Source: an uncultured Oscillospiraceae bacterium (lineage in GTDB: Bacteria; Bacillota; Clostridia; Christensenellales; Aristaeellaceae). From it: DNA of 64,000 nucleotides. A program made the position numbers and the translations under genes. The stretch's first letter is position 1, and each line of letters begins with the position of its first letter. The notes beneath the pieces are model-generated. The model was not told the origin of the DNA. It saw only the letters and a list, made by a program, of their open reading frames with translations, and did not search any database. Where the stretch lies: contig CAYFSQ010000001.1 of the NCBI GenBank assembly GCA_964345895.1, positions 6,456-70,455 on the forward strand, read 5' to 3'. This document shows, piece by piece, positions 8,897 to 17,690 of the stretch.

Positions 8897-9718
8897 TTAT
8901 ATGCCTGTAGAATCAGGCTGGGTCTTGTGGTGACGGGGGCCAAGGGGGGCATAGCGGCGGGCAATCCAGCGGCAAATGCCGTCCAGGCCGGGGTATATCA
9001 TACGCTCGGAAATGTTGATGTAATCCAGCTTGTCCCGGATTTCCAACTTCACCTCTGCGGGGATAACAATGCGGGTAAAAGCGCTGTCTGCGCCTTGGAT
9101 GGTATCAATCAGCACATGGGCATCGCTGGTGAGGGAAAACAGCGCGTATTGGTTGGCAATGCGGTTAACCACCGATGCAGGCTCAAAAAAGAAGGAAAAG
9201 GGCTGATCGCATACTTCTTTTAAAGCGGAGAAATCTGCTGCCACGCCGTCCAGCATTTCCATGGAAAACACATTGCATTTTTCCTGATAGAGGAGCCTGG
9301 AAAACTTTTCAGGCAGCAGATGGTTGATTTTTTTCATGTCGCAGCAGATGATGGCGCCGTCCAGATGGTAGCTGTCGGTATCCTCCGTGGCAAAATGGGC
9401 AGCCACCAGGGGGGAATAGGTCCAGTCCAGCAGCCTGGTGGGCAGGCCGTACTGCTGCCCCATGGCGACCATCTGCCAGAAGGAATGGCAGTTGGTTAAA
9501 TCCGCATAGCCGTACTTGCGGAAGGAACGAAGAATCTGCCGCTCCAGGCCAAGGTTCTGCGGGCTGCAGCGGTTCAGTGAGGGAATCAGACCCCAATGCT
9601 TGTCCGCCACCCCCCGGTATACCCGGCTGTTGCGGTAGCGCAGGAGATCCTCATCCCACATGCCCTCAAAGGCTGCCGCCTGCAAGGTATCCCAGTTGGT
9701 AACAACGATTTCGCGCAT
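8897..9718 (-). CDS. FRG domain-containing protein
   Basis: LRYRNSRVYRGVADKHWGLIPSLNR...QQYGLPTRLLDWTYSPLVAAHFA matches the FRG-domain pattern as I remember it. Function is unknown. Confidence 0.7.
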   Translation of the reverse strand: MREIVVTNWDTLQAAAFEGMWDEDLLRYRNSRVYRGVADKHWGLIPSLNRCSPQNLGLERQILRSFRKYGYADLTNCHSFWQMVAMGQQYGLPTRLLDWTYSPLVAAHFATEDTDSYHLDGAIICCDMKKINHLLPEKFSRLLYQEKCNVFSMEMLDGVAADFSALKEVCDQPFSFFFEPASVVNRIANQYALFSLTSDAHVLIDTIQGADSAFTRIVIPAEVKLEIRDKLDYINISERMIYPGLDGICRWIARRYAPLGPRHHKTQPDSTGI

Positions 9719-9753
9719 GCGACATCCCCTCCTTCAAAAAGTATACGGAAAAC

Positions 9754-9782
9754 ATTATAGGGTAAACGAAAGGTTTCTTCAA
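9754..9782 (-). promoter_or_regulatory. SigA-type promoter for the FRG gene
   Basis: Minus strand: TTGAAG (9782-9777), 17 nt, TATAAT (9759-9754). GAAGGAGGGG SD before ATG 9718. Confidence 0.5.
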
Positions 9783-9880
9783 GTAAAATCAAGTGTTTTC
9801 TCTGCATTTCTGCGTATTGCCTCAAGCGGTTCTAAGGTGGGCAAGAGGCGGCCAGCCCTGGCGCTGTGCAAACGAATGCA

Positions 9881-9948
9881 GGTCACATTCAAGAACAGGT
9901 TCACACTCAATAACGGGTTCACTTGTATGTTCATTCTTATCCGTTCAT
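9881..9948 (+). repeat. Five direct G(G)T(T)CA(C/T) repeats upstream of the yerC-his promoter
   Basis: GGTCAC 9881, GGTTCAC 9898, GGTTCAC 9916, TGTTCAT 9928, CGTTCAT 9942. Core spacing 18, 18, 12 and 14 nt. Confidence 0.4.
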
Positions 9949-9955
9949 TTTCAAC

Positions 9956-9984
9956 TTGACTTTATTACGCTAAAGTGATAAAGT
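9956..9984 (+). promoter_or_regulatory. Candidate promoter of yerC(hisR)-his operon
   Basis: TTGACT (9956-9961), 17 nt, TAAAGT (9979-9984). Tandem AAGTGAT AAAGTGAT overlaps the -10. Confidence 0.4.
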
Positions 9985-10011
9985 GATGAAGTATTCTACA
10001 AGGGAGGGCCT

Positions 10012-10302
10012 ATGTCGAACATCTTTAATCAAGCGAGCAGCAAGCTTTTTGAGGCACTGCTGACGCTGAAAACACCGGAGGAATGCCGGTTGTTCTTTGA
10101 AGATCTGTGCACCGTCGGCGAGATTCAGGCGCTGGCGCAGCGCTACCAGGTGGCGGGCATGCTGGCAGACAAAAAGAACTATCAGGAGATTGCCGCGGCA
10201 ACGGGGGCGTCCTCCGCCACCATCAGCCGGGTGAACAGGTGCCTCAGATACGGCAGTGGCGGCTATCAAATGACCCTTGAAAGGAGCCCTTATGCAGATT
10301 GA
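10012..10302 (+). CDS. yerC: YerC/YecD TrpR-like DNA-binding protein (candidate histidine regulator HisR)
   Basis: 96 aa. LFEALLTLKTPEECRLFFEDLCTVGEIQALAQRYQVAGML...ATGASSATISRVNRCLRYGSGGY is the YerC/YecD family pattern. SD GGGAGGG. Overlaps the hisZ start. Confidence 0.8.
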   Translation: MSNIFNQASSKLFEALLTLKTPEECRLFFEDLCTVGEIQALAQRYQVAGMLADKKNYQEIAAATGASSATISRVNRCLRYGSGGYQMTLERSPYAD

Positions 10303-11218
10303 TGAAAGGCTGTTAACCCGGGAAGAAAAAGCACTGTTCACCCTGCGGGCTTTGTTTAATCAGCAGGGGTACACCCGCTATGCCATGAGCCGCTTTGAAC
10401 CCTACGACCTGTACGTGGAAAACAAAGACTTTTTGGGCAACGACCGCATCATTACCTTTACCGATGTGGGCGGCAAATTAAAGGCGCTGAAACCCGACGT
10501 TACACTGTCCATCGTCAAACGGGCGCCCGATATGCCGGGCAGCAAATCCCGCGTGTATTACAGCGAAAATGTCTACCGTGCCCGGCCGGGAGACGGCGGC
10601 TTTCGGGAGATTCTTCAATCCGGCGTTGAATGCATCGGCGATCTTGATGATTCAGATGTCTGCGAGGTTGTCCTGCTGGCGGTCAAGGCTTTGCAATCCC
10701 TGTCAAAGGACTATGTGCTGACATTGTCCCATGCTGGCTTTATTACAGCCCTGCTGGATGCCCTTCAGGTTCCCCAAGGGTTGCGGGATGGTCTGCTCCG
10801 CTTTGTAAGGCAAAAGAACACGGAAGGCCTGCTCCAATATTGCGCTGCAAAGAACCTGCCGGGGGAAAATGCAACTGCCCTTAGCAACCTGATTTCCCTC
10901 TACGGCACCCTGGCAGACAATCTTCCCCTTTTGGCGAATCTTTGCCGCAACGAAAAAATGGAACAGGCGGTAAAGGAGTTGTCCATTGTGTCCGATGCCC
11001 TGGGCAGCATCTCCGACGGGGACAATGCCCGCCTCGATTTTTCTGTGATGAACAACATGCAGTATTACGACGGGCTGGTGTTCAAGGGGTTTGTCAACGG
11101 CCTGCCCGAGGGGATTCTGTCAGGGGGCCAGTACGGCGGTCTGCTGCAGAAGATGGGGCGCAAAGCAACGGCTGTTGGCTTTGCTGTCTACCTGAATGAA
11201 GTGGAGTATTTGCCATGA
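10292..11218 (+). CDS. hisZ: ATP phosphoribosyltransferase regulatory subunit
   Basis: Trimmed to ATG 10292 (AAAGGAG upstream). Class-II aaRS-like HisZ sequence. Precedes a short-form hisG. Confidence 0.85.
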   Translation: MQIDERLLTREEKALFTLRALFNQQGYTRYAMSRFEPYDLYVENKDFLGNDRIITFTDVGGKLKALKPDVTLSIVKRAPDMPGSKSRVYYSENVYRARPGDGGFREILQSGVECIGDLDDSDVCEVVLLAVKALQSLSKDYVLTLSHAGFITALLDALQVPQGLRDGLLRFVRQKNTEGLLQYCAAKNLPGENATALSNLISLYGTLADNLPLLANLCRNEKMEQAVKELSIVSDALGSISDGDNARLDFSVMNNMQYYDGLVFKGFVNGLPEGILSGGQYGGLLQKMGRKATAVGFAVYLNEVEYLP

Positions 11219-11850
11219 CCAACATTCTTCGTATCGCTTTGCCCAAGGGGCGCTTGGGCGAACAGGTCTATCAACGGATGGACAAGGCAGGATTTTCCTG
11301 CCCTGAAATACTGGAACAAAGCCGCAAGTTGGTGTTTGAGAACCCGGACAAGGGCGTGCGCTACTTCTGGGTAAAACCCTCTGATGTGGCGGTCTATGTA
11401 GAGCGAGGCGCGGCGGACCTGGGGGTGGTAGGCAGGGACACCCTGCTGGAAAACAATCCTGATATCTACGAGTTGCTGGATTTGCAATTGGGCAAATGCC
11501 GCATGGCGGTGGCTGCGCCTGAAGGCTGGCAGGACGATATGTCCCGCGCCTTGCGGGTTGCCAGCAAGTATCCCCGCATCGCTTCCCGCTTCTATGAAAG
11601 CCGGGGACGGGATATCGATATCATCACCCTCAATGGCTCGGTAGAGTTGGCCCCCCTGCTTCATCTGTCCGACGTCATTGTGGATATTGTGGAAACAGGC
11701 AAGACCCTGGTGGAAAACGGCCTTCAGGTGGTGGAGGACATTGTGCACATCAGCGCAAGGCTGATCGCCAACAAAGCAGCCTATCACTTTAAACACGATG
11801 AGGTAGAAAAGCTGCAAAGCGCACTAAGGAAGGGGTTGGAGGAAGTATGA
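11215..11850 (+). CDS. hisG: ATP phosphoribosyltransferase, short form
   Basis: 211 aa, starting LRIALPKGRL. 4-nt overlap with hisZ. Confidence 0.9.
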   Translation: MTNILRIALPKGRLGEQVYQRMDKAGFSCPEILEQSRKLVFENPDKGVRYFWVKPSDVAVYVERGAADLGVVGRDTLLENNPDIYELLDLQLGKCRMAVAAPEGWQDDMSRALRVASKYPRIASRFYESRGRDIDIITLNGSVELAPLLHLSDVIVDIVETGKTLVENGLQVVEDIVHISARLIANKAAYHFKHDEVEKLQSALRKGLEEV

Positions 11851-13112
11851 TTACCATTTTGCAGGCAGAAAACATCAGCATGGAACAGGTGTTGGCCCGC
11901 TCCGCGCCGCTGAATGATGTGCGGGAGAAGGTGGAGAGCATCCTGCAGGACGTGCGGGATAATGGCGATGAGGCGCTAAAAAAATACAACGCCCTGTTTG
12001 ACAACGCCCGCCCCGAAACCCTGGAAGTAACCAAAGACCAGTGGGAGCAGGCCCTGCAGCAGGCAGACCCCAAGCTGATGGACATCATGCAGGAAGCGGC
12101 GGACAACATCCGCCAATTCCACGAAAAGCAGCGGCGGGAAGGCTTTGAGATTCAAAAGCCCGACGGCACGGTGGTGGGGCAGCGGGTGCATGCTGTCAAG
12201 CGGGCAGGGCTGTACACCCCCGGCGGCACAGCAGCCTATTACTCCAGCGTGCTGATGAACGGCATCCCCGCCAAGGTGGCTGGGGTTGAGGAAATCATCA
12301 TGGTTACCCCGGCGAAGGACGGCATCATTCATCCTGATATTCTGGCGGCGGCCACCATTGCCGGGGTGGACAGGGTGTTTATGGTGGGCGGTGCCCAGGC
12401 CATTGGCGCCCTGGCCTACGGTACAAAGAGCATTCCCCGGGTAGACCGCATCGTCGGGCCAGGCAACGCCTATGTGGCGGAGGCCAAGCGGCAGGTATAT
12501 GGCATCTGCGGCATCGACATGATTGCCGGTCCCAGCGAAATACTGATTGTGGCAGATGAACATAACGATGCCAGGGTGCTGGCGGCGGACATGCTGTCCC
12601 AGGCAGAGCATGATGAGGACGCTGCCGCCGTGCTGGTCACCAACAGCATGGACTTGGCCCTTCAGGTACAGCAGGAACTGGAAAGGCAAATCCCTCTGCT
12701 GCCAAGGGCAGTGATGGCCCGCGCTTCCATTGACAACAACGGCCGCATCATCGTAACAAAGGACATTCTGAGCGCAGTGGATATCTCCAACGCCTGGGCA
12801 CCGGAGCATCTGGAACTGTGCGTGGAAGATCCCTTCAGCTGGCTGGATAAAATAGACAACGCCGGCTCCATCTTCCTGGGCCGCTCCACCCCGGAAGCGG
12901 TGGGGGATTACTGGGCGGGCACCAACCACACCCTGCCCACTTCCGGCACGGCGCGCTTTTCCAGCCCCCTGTCGGTGGAAGATTTCCTCAAGGTATCCCA
13001 GTACATCTACTACCCCAAGGAGGCTACGGCAAGAGCCGCAGACAAGATTGCCTACTTCGCCGGAAAGGAGGGGCTGCAGGCCCACGCCCTCAGCGCCTTA
13101 ATGAGAAAATGA
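11847..13112 (+). CDS. hisD: Histidinol dehydrogenase
   Basis: GGAQAIGALAYGT...IVGPGNAYVAEAKR and SQAEHDEDA motifs. 4-nt overlap with hisG. Confidence 0.95.
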   Translation: MITILQAENISMEQVLARSAPLNDVREKVESILQDVRDNGDEALKKYNALFDNARPETLEVTKDQWEQALQQADPKLMDIMQEAADNIRQFHEKQRREGFEIQKPDGTVVGQRVHAVKRAGLYTPGGTAAYYSSVLMNGIPAKVAGVEEIIMVTPAKDGIIHPDILAAATIAGVDRVFMVGGAQAIGALAYGTKSIPRVDRIVGPGNAYVAEAKRQVYGICGIDMIAGPSEILIVADEHNDARVLAADMLSQAEHDEDAAAVLVTNSMDLALQVQQELERQIPLLPRAVMARASIDNNGRIIVTKDILSAVDISNAWAPEHLELCVEDPFSWLDKIDNAGSIFLGRSTPEAVGDYWAGTNHTLPTSGTARFSSPLSVEDFLKVSQYIYYPKEATARAADKIAYFAGKEGLQAHALSALMRK

Positions 13113-14185
13113 GCAAGTATTTTCATCCCCGCTATGGTTCCCTGAAGCAGTACGTACCGGGAGAGCAACCCCAGGATCAACAGTATATCAAGCTGAACAC
13201 CAACGAATCGCCCTTTCCGCCGCCGGAAAATGTTGTGAAGGCGGCAGAGGAGGCAGCGCGCAGCGCCCATCTGTATTGCGACCCGGATTGCCGCCTGATA
13301 CGCGTGGAGGCTGCCAAGGTTTATGGGGTAGATGTGGAAGAGGTACTGTGCTTCAATGGCAGCGACGAGGTGCTGTCCTTTGCCTTTGCTGCCTTTGGGC
13401 AGGATGGTGTGGCCTTTCCCGCTTTATCCTATGGTTTCTATCCCATCTTTGCCGCCGTCAACCAGGTTCAGGGCCATCCTGTCCCCATGGGGGACAATAT
13501 GGCCATTGTGCCCGAGGACTATTTTGGCTTGCACAAAGCCATCGTCATCGCCAACCCCAATGCGCCCACGGGGCAGTACCTTAAGCCCGGGCAAATTGAA
13601 AGCATTCTTCAAAACAACCCAGGCCATGTGGTGGTGGTGGACGAAGCCTATATCGACTTTGGCGGGCAAAGCGCTCTGCCCCTGATTAAAAGGTACGATA
13701 ACCTGCTGGTGACCCGCACCTTTTCCAAGTCCCACTCCCTGGCAGGGGCAAGGATTGGCTTTGGCTTTGGCCATCCGGAGTTGATGCAGGATTTGAACAC
13801 CCTGCGCTGTTCCACCAACCCTTACAATGTAAGCGCCATGGGACAGGCGGCAGGGCTTGCAGCGCTGAAGGAAAACGTATATTATATGACATGTTGCAAG
13901 ACGGTTGCCCAAACCCGTGATCAGACGGCCAAAGCCCTCACTTCCCTTGGCTTTCATGTGATGCCCTCCCTGACAAATTTTTTGTTTGTTACCCACCACG
14001 GCGTGGCGGGGGAAGTGCTGTATAAAAGCCTGCGGGCAAAAGGGGTGCTGGTGCGGTGGTTTAACCAACGGGAGGTACGGGACTATGTGCGTATCTCCAT
14101 CGGCAGCCCGGAGCAGATGGGCGCATTGCTCAGCGCCCTGCAAGAGACATTACATGAGGAGTACCATGCGAAACGCGTCGATTGA
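13109..14185 (+). CDS. hisC: Histidinol-phosphate aminotransferase
   Basis: Class-II aminotransferase. LNTNESP near the N-terminus and PLP-Lys region TFSKSHSLAGARIG. Confidence 0.9.
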   Translation: MSKYFHPRYGSLKQYVPGEQPQDQQYIKLNTNESPFPPPENVVKAAEEAARSAHLYCDPDCRLIRVEAAKVYGVDVEEVLCFNGSDEVLSFAFAAFGQDGVAFPALSYGFYPIFAAVNQVQGHPVPMGDNMAIVPEDYFGLHKAIVIANPNAPTGQYLKPGQIESILQNNPGHVVVVDEAYIDFGGQSALPLIKRYDNLLVTRTFSKSHSLAGARIGFGFGHPELMQDLNTLRCSTNPYNVSAMGQAAGLAALKENVYYMTCCKTVAQTRDQTAKALTSLGFHVMPSLTNFLFVTHHGVAGEVLYKSLRAKGVLVRWFNQREVRDYVRISIGSPEQMGALLSALQETLHEEYHAKRVD

Positions 14186-14744
14186 ACGAAACACCAGCGA
14201 AACCAACATCAGCCTGAGCCTGGTTTTTGAAGGCACAGGAGGGCGGGAGATTGATACTGGCATCGGTTTTCTGGACCATATGCTGGACTTGTTTTCTGCC
14301 CACAGCGGGTTTGACCTGAACGTCCTTTGCAAGGGGGATACCCAGGTGGACGGCCACCACACGGCGGAGGATGTGGGCATCTGCCTTGGCCAGGCACTGA
14401 AAGAAGCGCTGAAAGACAAGAAGGGCATACGCCGCTACGCTTCCCTGGCGTTGCCCATGGACGAGGCGCTGGTCCTTTGCGCGGTGGATATTTCCGGCAG
14501 AGGCATGCTGCAATACCACCTGCCCATGGCGGTGGAAAAAATCGGCACCTTTGATGTGCAACTGCTGGAAGAGTTCTTCCAGGCCTTCGCTGTGCATGCG
14601 GGTATTACGCTGCATATCAGGCTTTTAGACGGGCGCAACGCTCACCACATCGCGGAGGCTGCCTTTAAGGCAACGGCCCGGGTGCTGAAGGATGCGGTAC
14701 AGATTGTCAGCGACACTGTACCCTCCACAAAGGGGGTATTATGA
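14166..14744 (+). CDS. hisB: Imidazoleglycerol-phosphate dehydratase
   Basis: Trimmed to ATG 14166 (GAGGAG upstream; overlaps the hisC end). RNTSETNISLSL, GDTQVDGHHTAEDVG and NAHHIAEAAFKA motifs. Monofunctional, with no phosphatase domain. Confidence 0.9.
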   Translation: MRNASIERNTSETNISLSLVFEGTGGREIDTGIGFLDHMLDLFSAHSGFDLNVLCKGDTQVDGHHTAEDVGICLGQALKEALKDKKGIRRYASLALPMDEALVLCAVDISGRGMLQYHLPMAVEKIGTFDVQLLEEFFQAFAVHAGITLHIRLLDGRNAHHIAEAAFKATARVLKDAVQIVSDTVPSTKGVL

Positions 14745-15466
14745 ACATTTATCCTGCGATCGACCTGATCCATGGCAAGGTTGTGCGCCTAAAGCATGGC
14801 GATTTTGACCAGATGACCGTCTATTCCGATGATCCGGTGCAGGTGGCCCGCTCTTTCATGGAGCAAGGGGCAGAATACCTGCACGTGGTCGACCTGGACG
14901 GCGCCCGGGAGGGAGAGCCGGAAAACGACGCCATCATCGCCCGTATCATCGCGGAGAGCGGGCTGAAGGTAGAGGTGGGCGGCGGCATTCGGGAGAAGGA
15001 CACCATCGAAAAATATCTGTCCATGGGCGCCCACCAGGTAATCCTGGGCACCGCAGCGCTGGAAAATGGCGATTTTCTTCACGATGCTGTGGACACCTAC
15101 GGTGAAAAAATCGTGGTGGGTGTGGACGTGAAGGATGGTTTTGTCGCCGTCAAAGGCTGGCAGGAATTAAGCGATATGCGTCTGGACACATTTTTTCAAG
15201 ACTTGTCCGCCATCGGCGTTGGCCGCATCATCTGCACCGACATCTCCCGGGATGGCGGTATGATGGGCAGCAATCAGGATTTGTACCGGGAGCTGGTGGA
15301 GGAATATCCTGTTCGCATCACAGCTTCAGGCGGCGTCACCACCCTGGCGGATATCCGTGCGCTGCAAAGCATCGCCGTGGAAGGTGCCATCATCGGCAAG
15401 GCGCTGTATACAGGGGATATCATTTTAAGCGAGGCCATTTCTTTGGCCAAAGGGGATGGACGTTAA
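14741..15466 (+). CDS. hisA: ProFAR isomerase
   Basis: IYPAIDLIHGKVVRL...GGGIR, TIM-barrel HisA pattern. 4-nt overlap with hisB. Confidence 0.9.
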   Translation: MNIYPAIDLIHGKVVRLKHGDFDQMTVYSDDPVQVARSFMEQGAEYLHVVDLDGAREGEPENDAIIARIIAESGLKVEVGGGIREKDTIEKYLSMGAHQVILGTAALENGDFLHDAVDTYGEKIVVGVDVKDGFVAVKGWQELSDMRLDTFFQDLSAIGVGRIICTDISRDGGMMGSNQDLYRELVEEYPVRITASGGVTTLADIRALQSIAVEGAIIGKALYTGDIILSEAISLAKGDGR

Positions 15467-15468
15467 AC

Positions 15469-16230
15469 ATGACCCGACCTAAAAATATTGTGGCTTGCCT
15501 TGATATCAAGGATGGCAAGGTTGTCAAAGGGGTCAATTTCGCTGGCATTAAAGAAGTAGGCGATGTGCTGGAGCGGGCCAGGCTGTATGCCCAAATGGGC
15601 GCAGATGAGCTTTGCTTTTACGACATCTCTGCCTCGGTAGAAGGGCGTACCCTGTTTACCCAAATGCTGGAGAGCATGGTAAAGGCCGTCAACACCCCCG
15701 TGTCTGCCGCAGGCGGCGTAAAGACAACAGAGGATTTTGCCCGTGTGCTGGATACCGGCGTTGTCAAGGTCAGCATGAACTCAGGCGCGCTGCTGAACCC
15801 CTCCCTGGTGGAAAAGTGCGCCCGCAAGTTTGGACAGGACAAGGTTGTCGTGGCGGTGGACGTTGCCAGGGTGGGCGATGAATGGCATTGCTTTAACCAG
15901 GCAGGCGCCCACGACACCGGCATAGAGGCCCTTGGGTGGCTGAAACAGTGTGAAAGCATGGGGGCAGGCGAAGTTGTGGTGAACTCCATCGACACCGACG
16001 GCGTGCGGCAGGGCTACGACCTGGGCTTGCTGGAGGCTGTATGCAACAGCCTGTCCATCCCGGTGGTGGCTTCAGGCGGCGCGGGCAGCGTGGAACATAT
16101 CCTGTCCCTGTTTGCAAAGGTGCCAAAGTGCGCCGCTGCCTTGGGGGCATCGATATTCCATTACGATTTGGTCAACATTGAGGAACTGAAACAAAGGATG
16201 GCCGGGGAGGGTATCCCCGTTAGATTGTGA
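15469..16230 (+). CDS. hisF: Imidazole glycerol phosphate synthase, cyclase subunit
   Basis: [18 protein letters not shown]...VASGGAG, HisF pattern. Confidence 0.9.
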   Translation: MTRPKNIVACLDIKDGKVVKGVNFAGIKEVGDVLERARLYAQMGADELCFYDISASVEGRTLFTQMLESMVKAVNTPVSAAGGVKTTEDFARVLDTGVVKVSMNSGALLNPSLVEKCARKFGQDKVVVAVDVARVGDEWHCFNQAGAHDTGIEALGWLKQCESMGAGEVVVNSIDTDGVRQGYDLGLLEAVCNSLSIPVVASGGAGSVEHILSLFAKVPKCAAALGASIFHYDLVNIEELKQRMAGEGIPVRL

Positions 16231-16237
16231 GGATAAT

Positions 16238-16882
16238 ATGGACATAAGCACGCTGCGTTTTAACGACAAGGGACTGATTCCCGCCATTGTGGTGGATGCC
16301 GACACCAACCAGGTGTTGATGCTGGCCTACATGAACGAGGAATCCCTGCGCCTGACGATGGAAAAGGGGCTGACCACCTTTTATAGCCGCAGCCGCCAAA
16401 GGCTGTGGACAAAGGGGGAAACCAGCGGCCATTACCAGCATGTTCTGTCCATTACCCCGGACTGCGATGGCGATACCCTGAAAGTGCTGGTACGCAAGGA
16501 AGGGCCTTCCTGCCACCTGAACACCGAAACCTGCTTTGACCGCGAACCTATTTTTGAGGGGGAGGGCTCCGCATTTTCCATGACGGGGCTGATGGAACTG
16601 CTTCAAGGCCGCAAGCAGAACCCGCCCCCCGGCTCGTATACCAGCTACCTGTTTGAAAAAGGGTTGGATAAAATCCTCAAAAAGGTAGGGGAAGAAACCA
16701 CCGAGGTGATTATCGCCGCCAAAGCAGAGGATAAGAAGGAAACCATTTATGAAATTGCCGACCTTGCTTACCATGTTATGGTGCTGATGGTGGAAGCGGG
16801 TATTTCCCTTCAGGATATCGCGCAGGAACTGGCCTCAAGGCATGTGGTGGACAAGAAAGTTAAACAGGAAAAGATGACGTGA
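16238..16882 (+). CDS. hisI: Bifunctional phosphoribosyl-AMP cyclohydrolase / phosphoribosyl-ATP pyrophosphatase
   Basis: [25 protein letters not shown] (cyclohydrolase) followed by [21 protein letters not shown] (pyrophosphatase). Confidence 0.9.
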   Translation: MDISTLRFNDKGLIPAIVVDADTNQVLMLAYMNEESLRLTMEKGLTTFYSRSRQRLWTKGETSGHYQHVLSITPDCDGDTLKVLVRKEGPSCHLNTETCFDREPIFEGEGSAFSMTGLMELLQGRKQNPPPGSYTSYLFEKGLDKILKKVGEETTEVIIAAKAEDKKETIYEIADLAYHVMVLMVEAGISLQDIAQELASRHVVDKKVKQEKMT

Positions 16883-17556
16883 AGAAACCAATATCTCCCT
16901 TTATCAGCGTGTTTTTAAAAAGCAAAACCTCTTTGCTGACAGTGCTCAGCGGCATGCTGAACAGCCTGTCCCTGCTGTTTTTTGGCCAGACTGTAACCCA
17001 TCACACCGGCAATTTGACCAAGCTGGCCCAGGGTTTAGCCCAAGGGGAGATGGACATCGTGCTGCTGATGCTTTCCCTGGTGGTGTGCTATTTCCTGGGG
17101 GCTATGGTATCGGGCCTTATTTTTGCGCCCCAGCAGGGGCTCTTAAGCCGCCGCTACGGGGTGTTGATGATCGGTGCAGGCGTGCTGCTGATTTTTCTGA
17201 CGCAGATTGTGGGCCCGAATACCTTGATGGCGCCGATGCTGGCCATGCTGTCGGGCATCCAGAACGGCATGTATTTAACCCACAAGGATATGCTGCTGCG
17301 CTCCACCCATATGACGGGTTACCTGTCGGATATGGGCTTCCTTCTTTCCAGGATTATTAGGGAAAAGGGCGAAAAGGCCGAGCGTTTCTGGCTGGTGTTC
17401 TTCCACCTGCTGGCTTTTGTGCTGGGCGGTGTGCTGGGGGTGCTGCTGATGCCCCAGGGTTTTGAAGTTGCTATGTTTATAATTGGTCTGCTGTATCTGC
17501 TGGTGGGCATTGCCTTTGTCTACATCGGCTTAAAGCCTTACCCCAAAGCCCAGTAA
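16879..17556 (+). CDS. YoaK/DUF1275 family membrane protein
   Basis: GTG start overlaps the hisIE stop (GTGA). Polytopic membrane protein. The [14 protein letters not shown] motif is typical of DUF1275. Confidence 0.65.
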   Translation: MKKPISPFISVFLKSKTSLLTVLSGMLNSLSLLFFGQTVTHHTGNLTKLAQGLAQGEMDIVLLMLSLVVCYFLGAMVSGLIFAPQQGLLSRRYGVLMIGAGVLLIFLTQIVGPNTLMAPMLAMLSGIQNGMYLTHKDMLLRSTHMTGYLSDMGFLLSRIIREKGEKAERFWLVFFHLLAFVLGGVLGVLLMPQGFEVAMFIIGLLYLLVGIAFVYIGLKPYPKAQ

Positions 17557-17575
17557 ACGAAAAGGGATTATCAAA

Positions 17576-17605
17576 CGGGGAGGCATTGCCTTCCCGCTTT
17601 CTTTT
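17576..17605 (+). terminator. Intrinsic terminator ending the his-DUF1275 transcription unit
   Basis: CGGGGAGGC-att-GCCTTCCCG followed by CTTTCTTTT. Confidence 0.7.
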
Positions 17606-17690
17606 ACATATACCCATATGGTATCGGCGGAGGCTGGCCCAACAGACAGGGCTGCAATGTGGTATAATAAGGGAGACAGGAGGGGTGGAC

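Noticed and set aside
8897-9718. FRG-domain gene as a marker of a phage-defence island or mobile insertion.
   Set aside because: It is a single gene whose composition is similar to that of its neighbours. There are no flanking integrase, transposase, tRNA or direct repeats, and no partner nuclease, ATPase or methylase genes. It is reported only as an odd operon context.
11976-13085. 369-aa ORF antisense to hisD. Similar long antisense ORFs occur at 5417-6097, 13424-14143, 49277-50194, 55248-56060 and 57739-58398.
   Set aside because: Each lies opposite a gene with unmistakable family motifs. Their translations are Gly/Ala/Arg/His-rich with no recognisable domain and no SD. These are typical shadow ORFs of GC-rich coding DNA.
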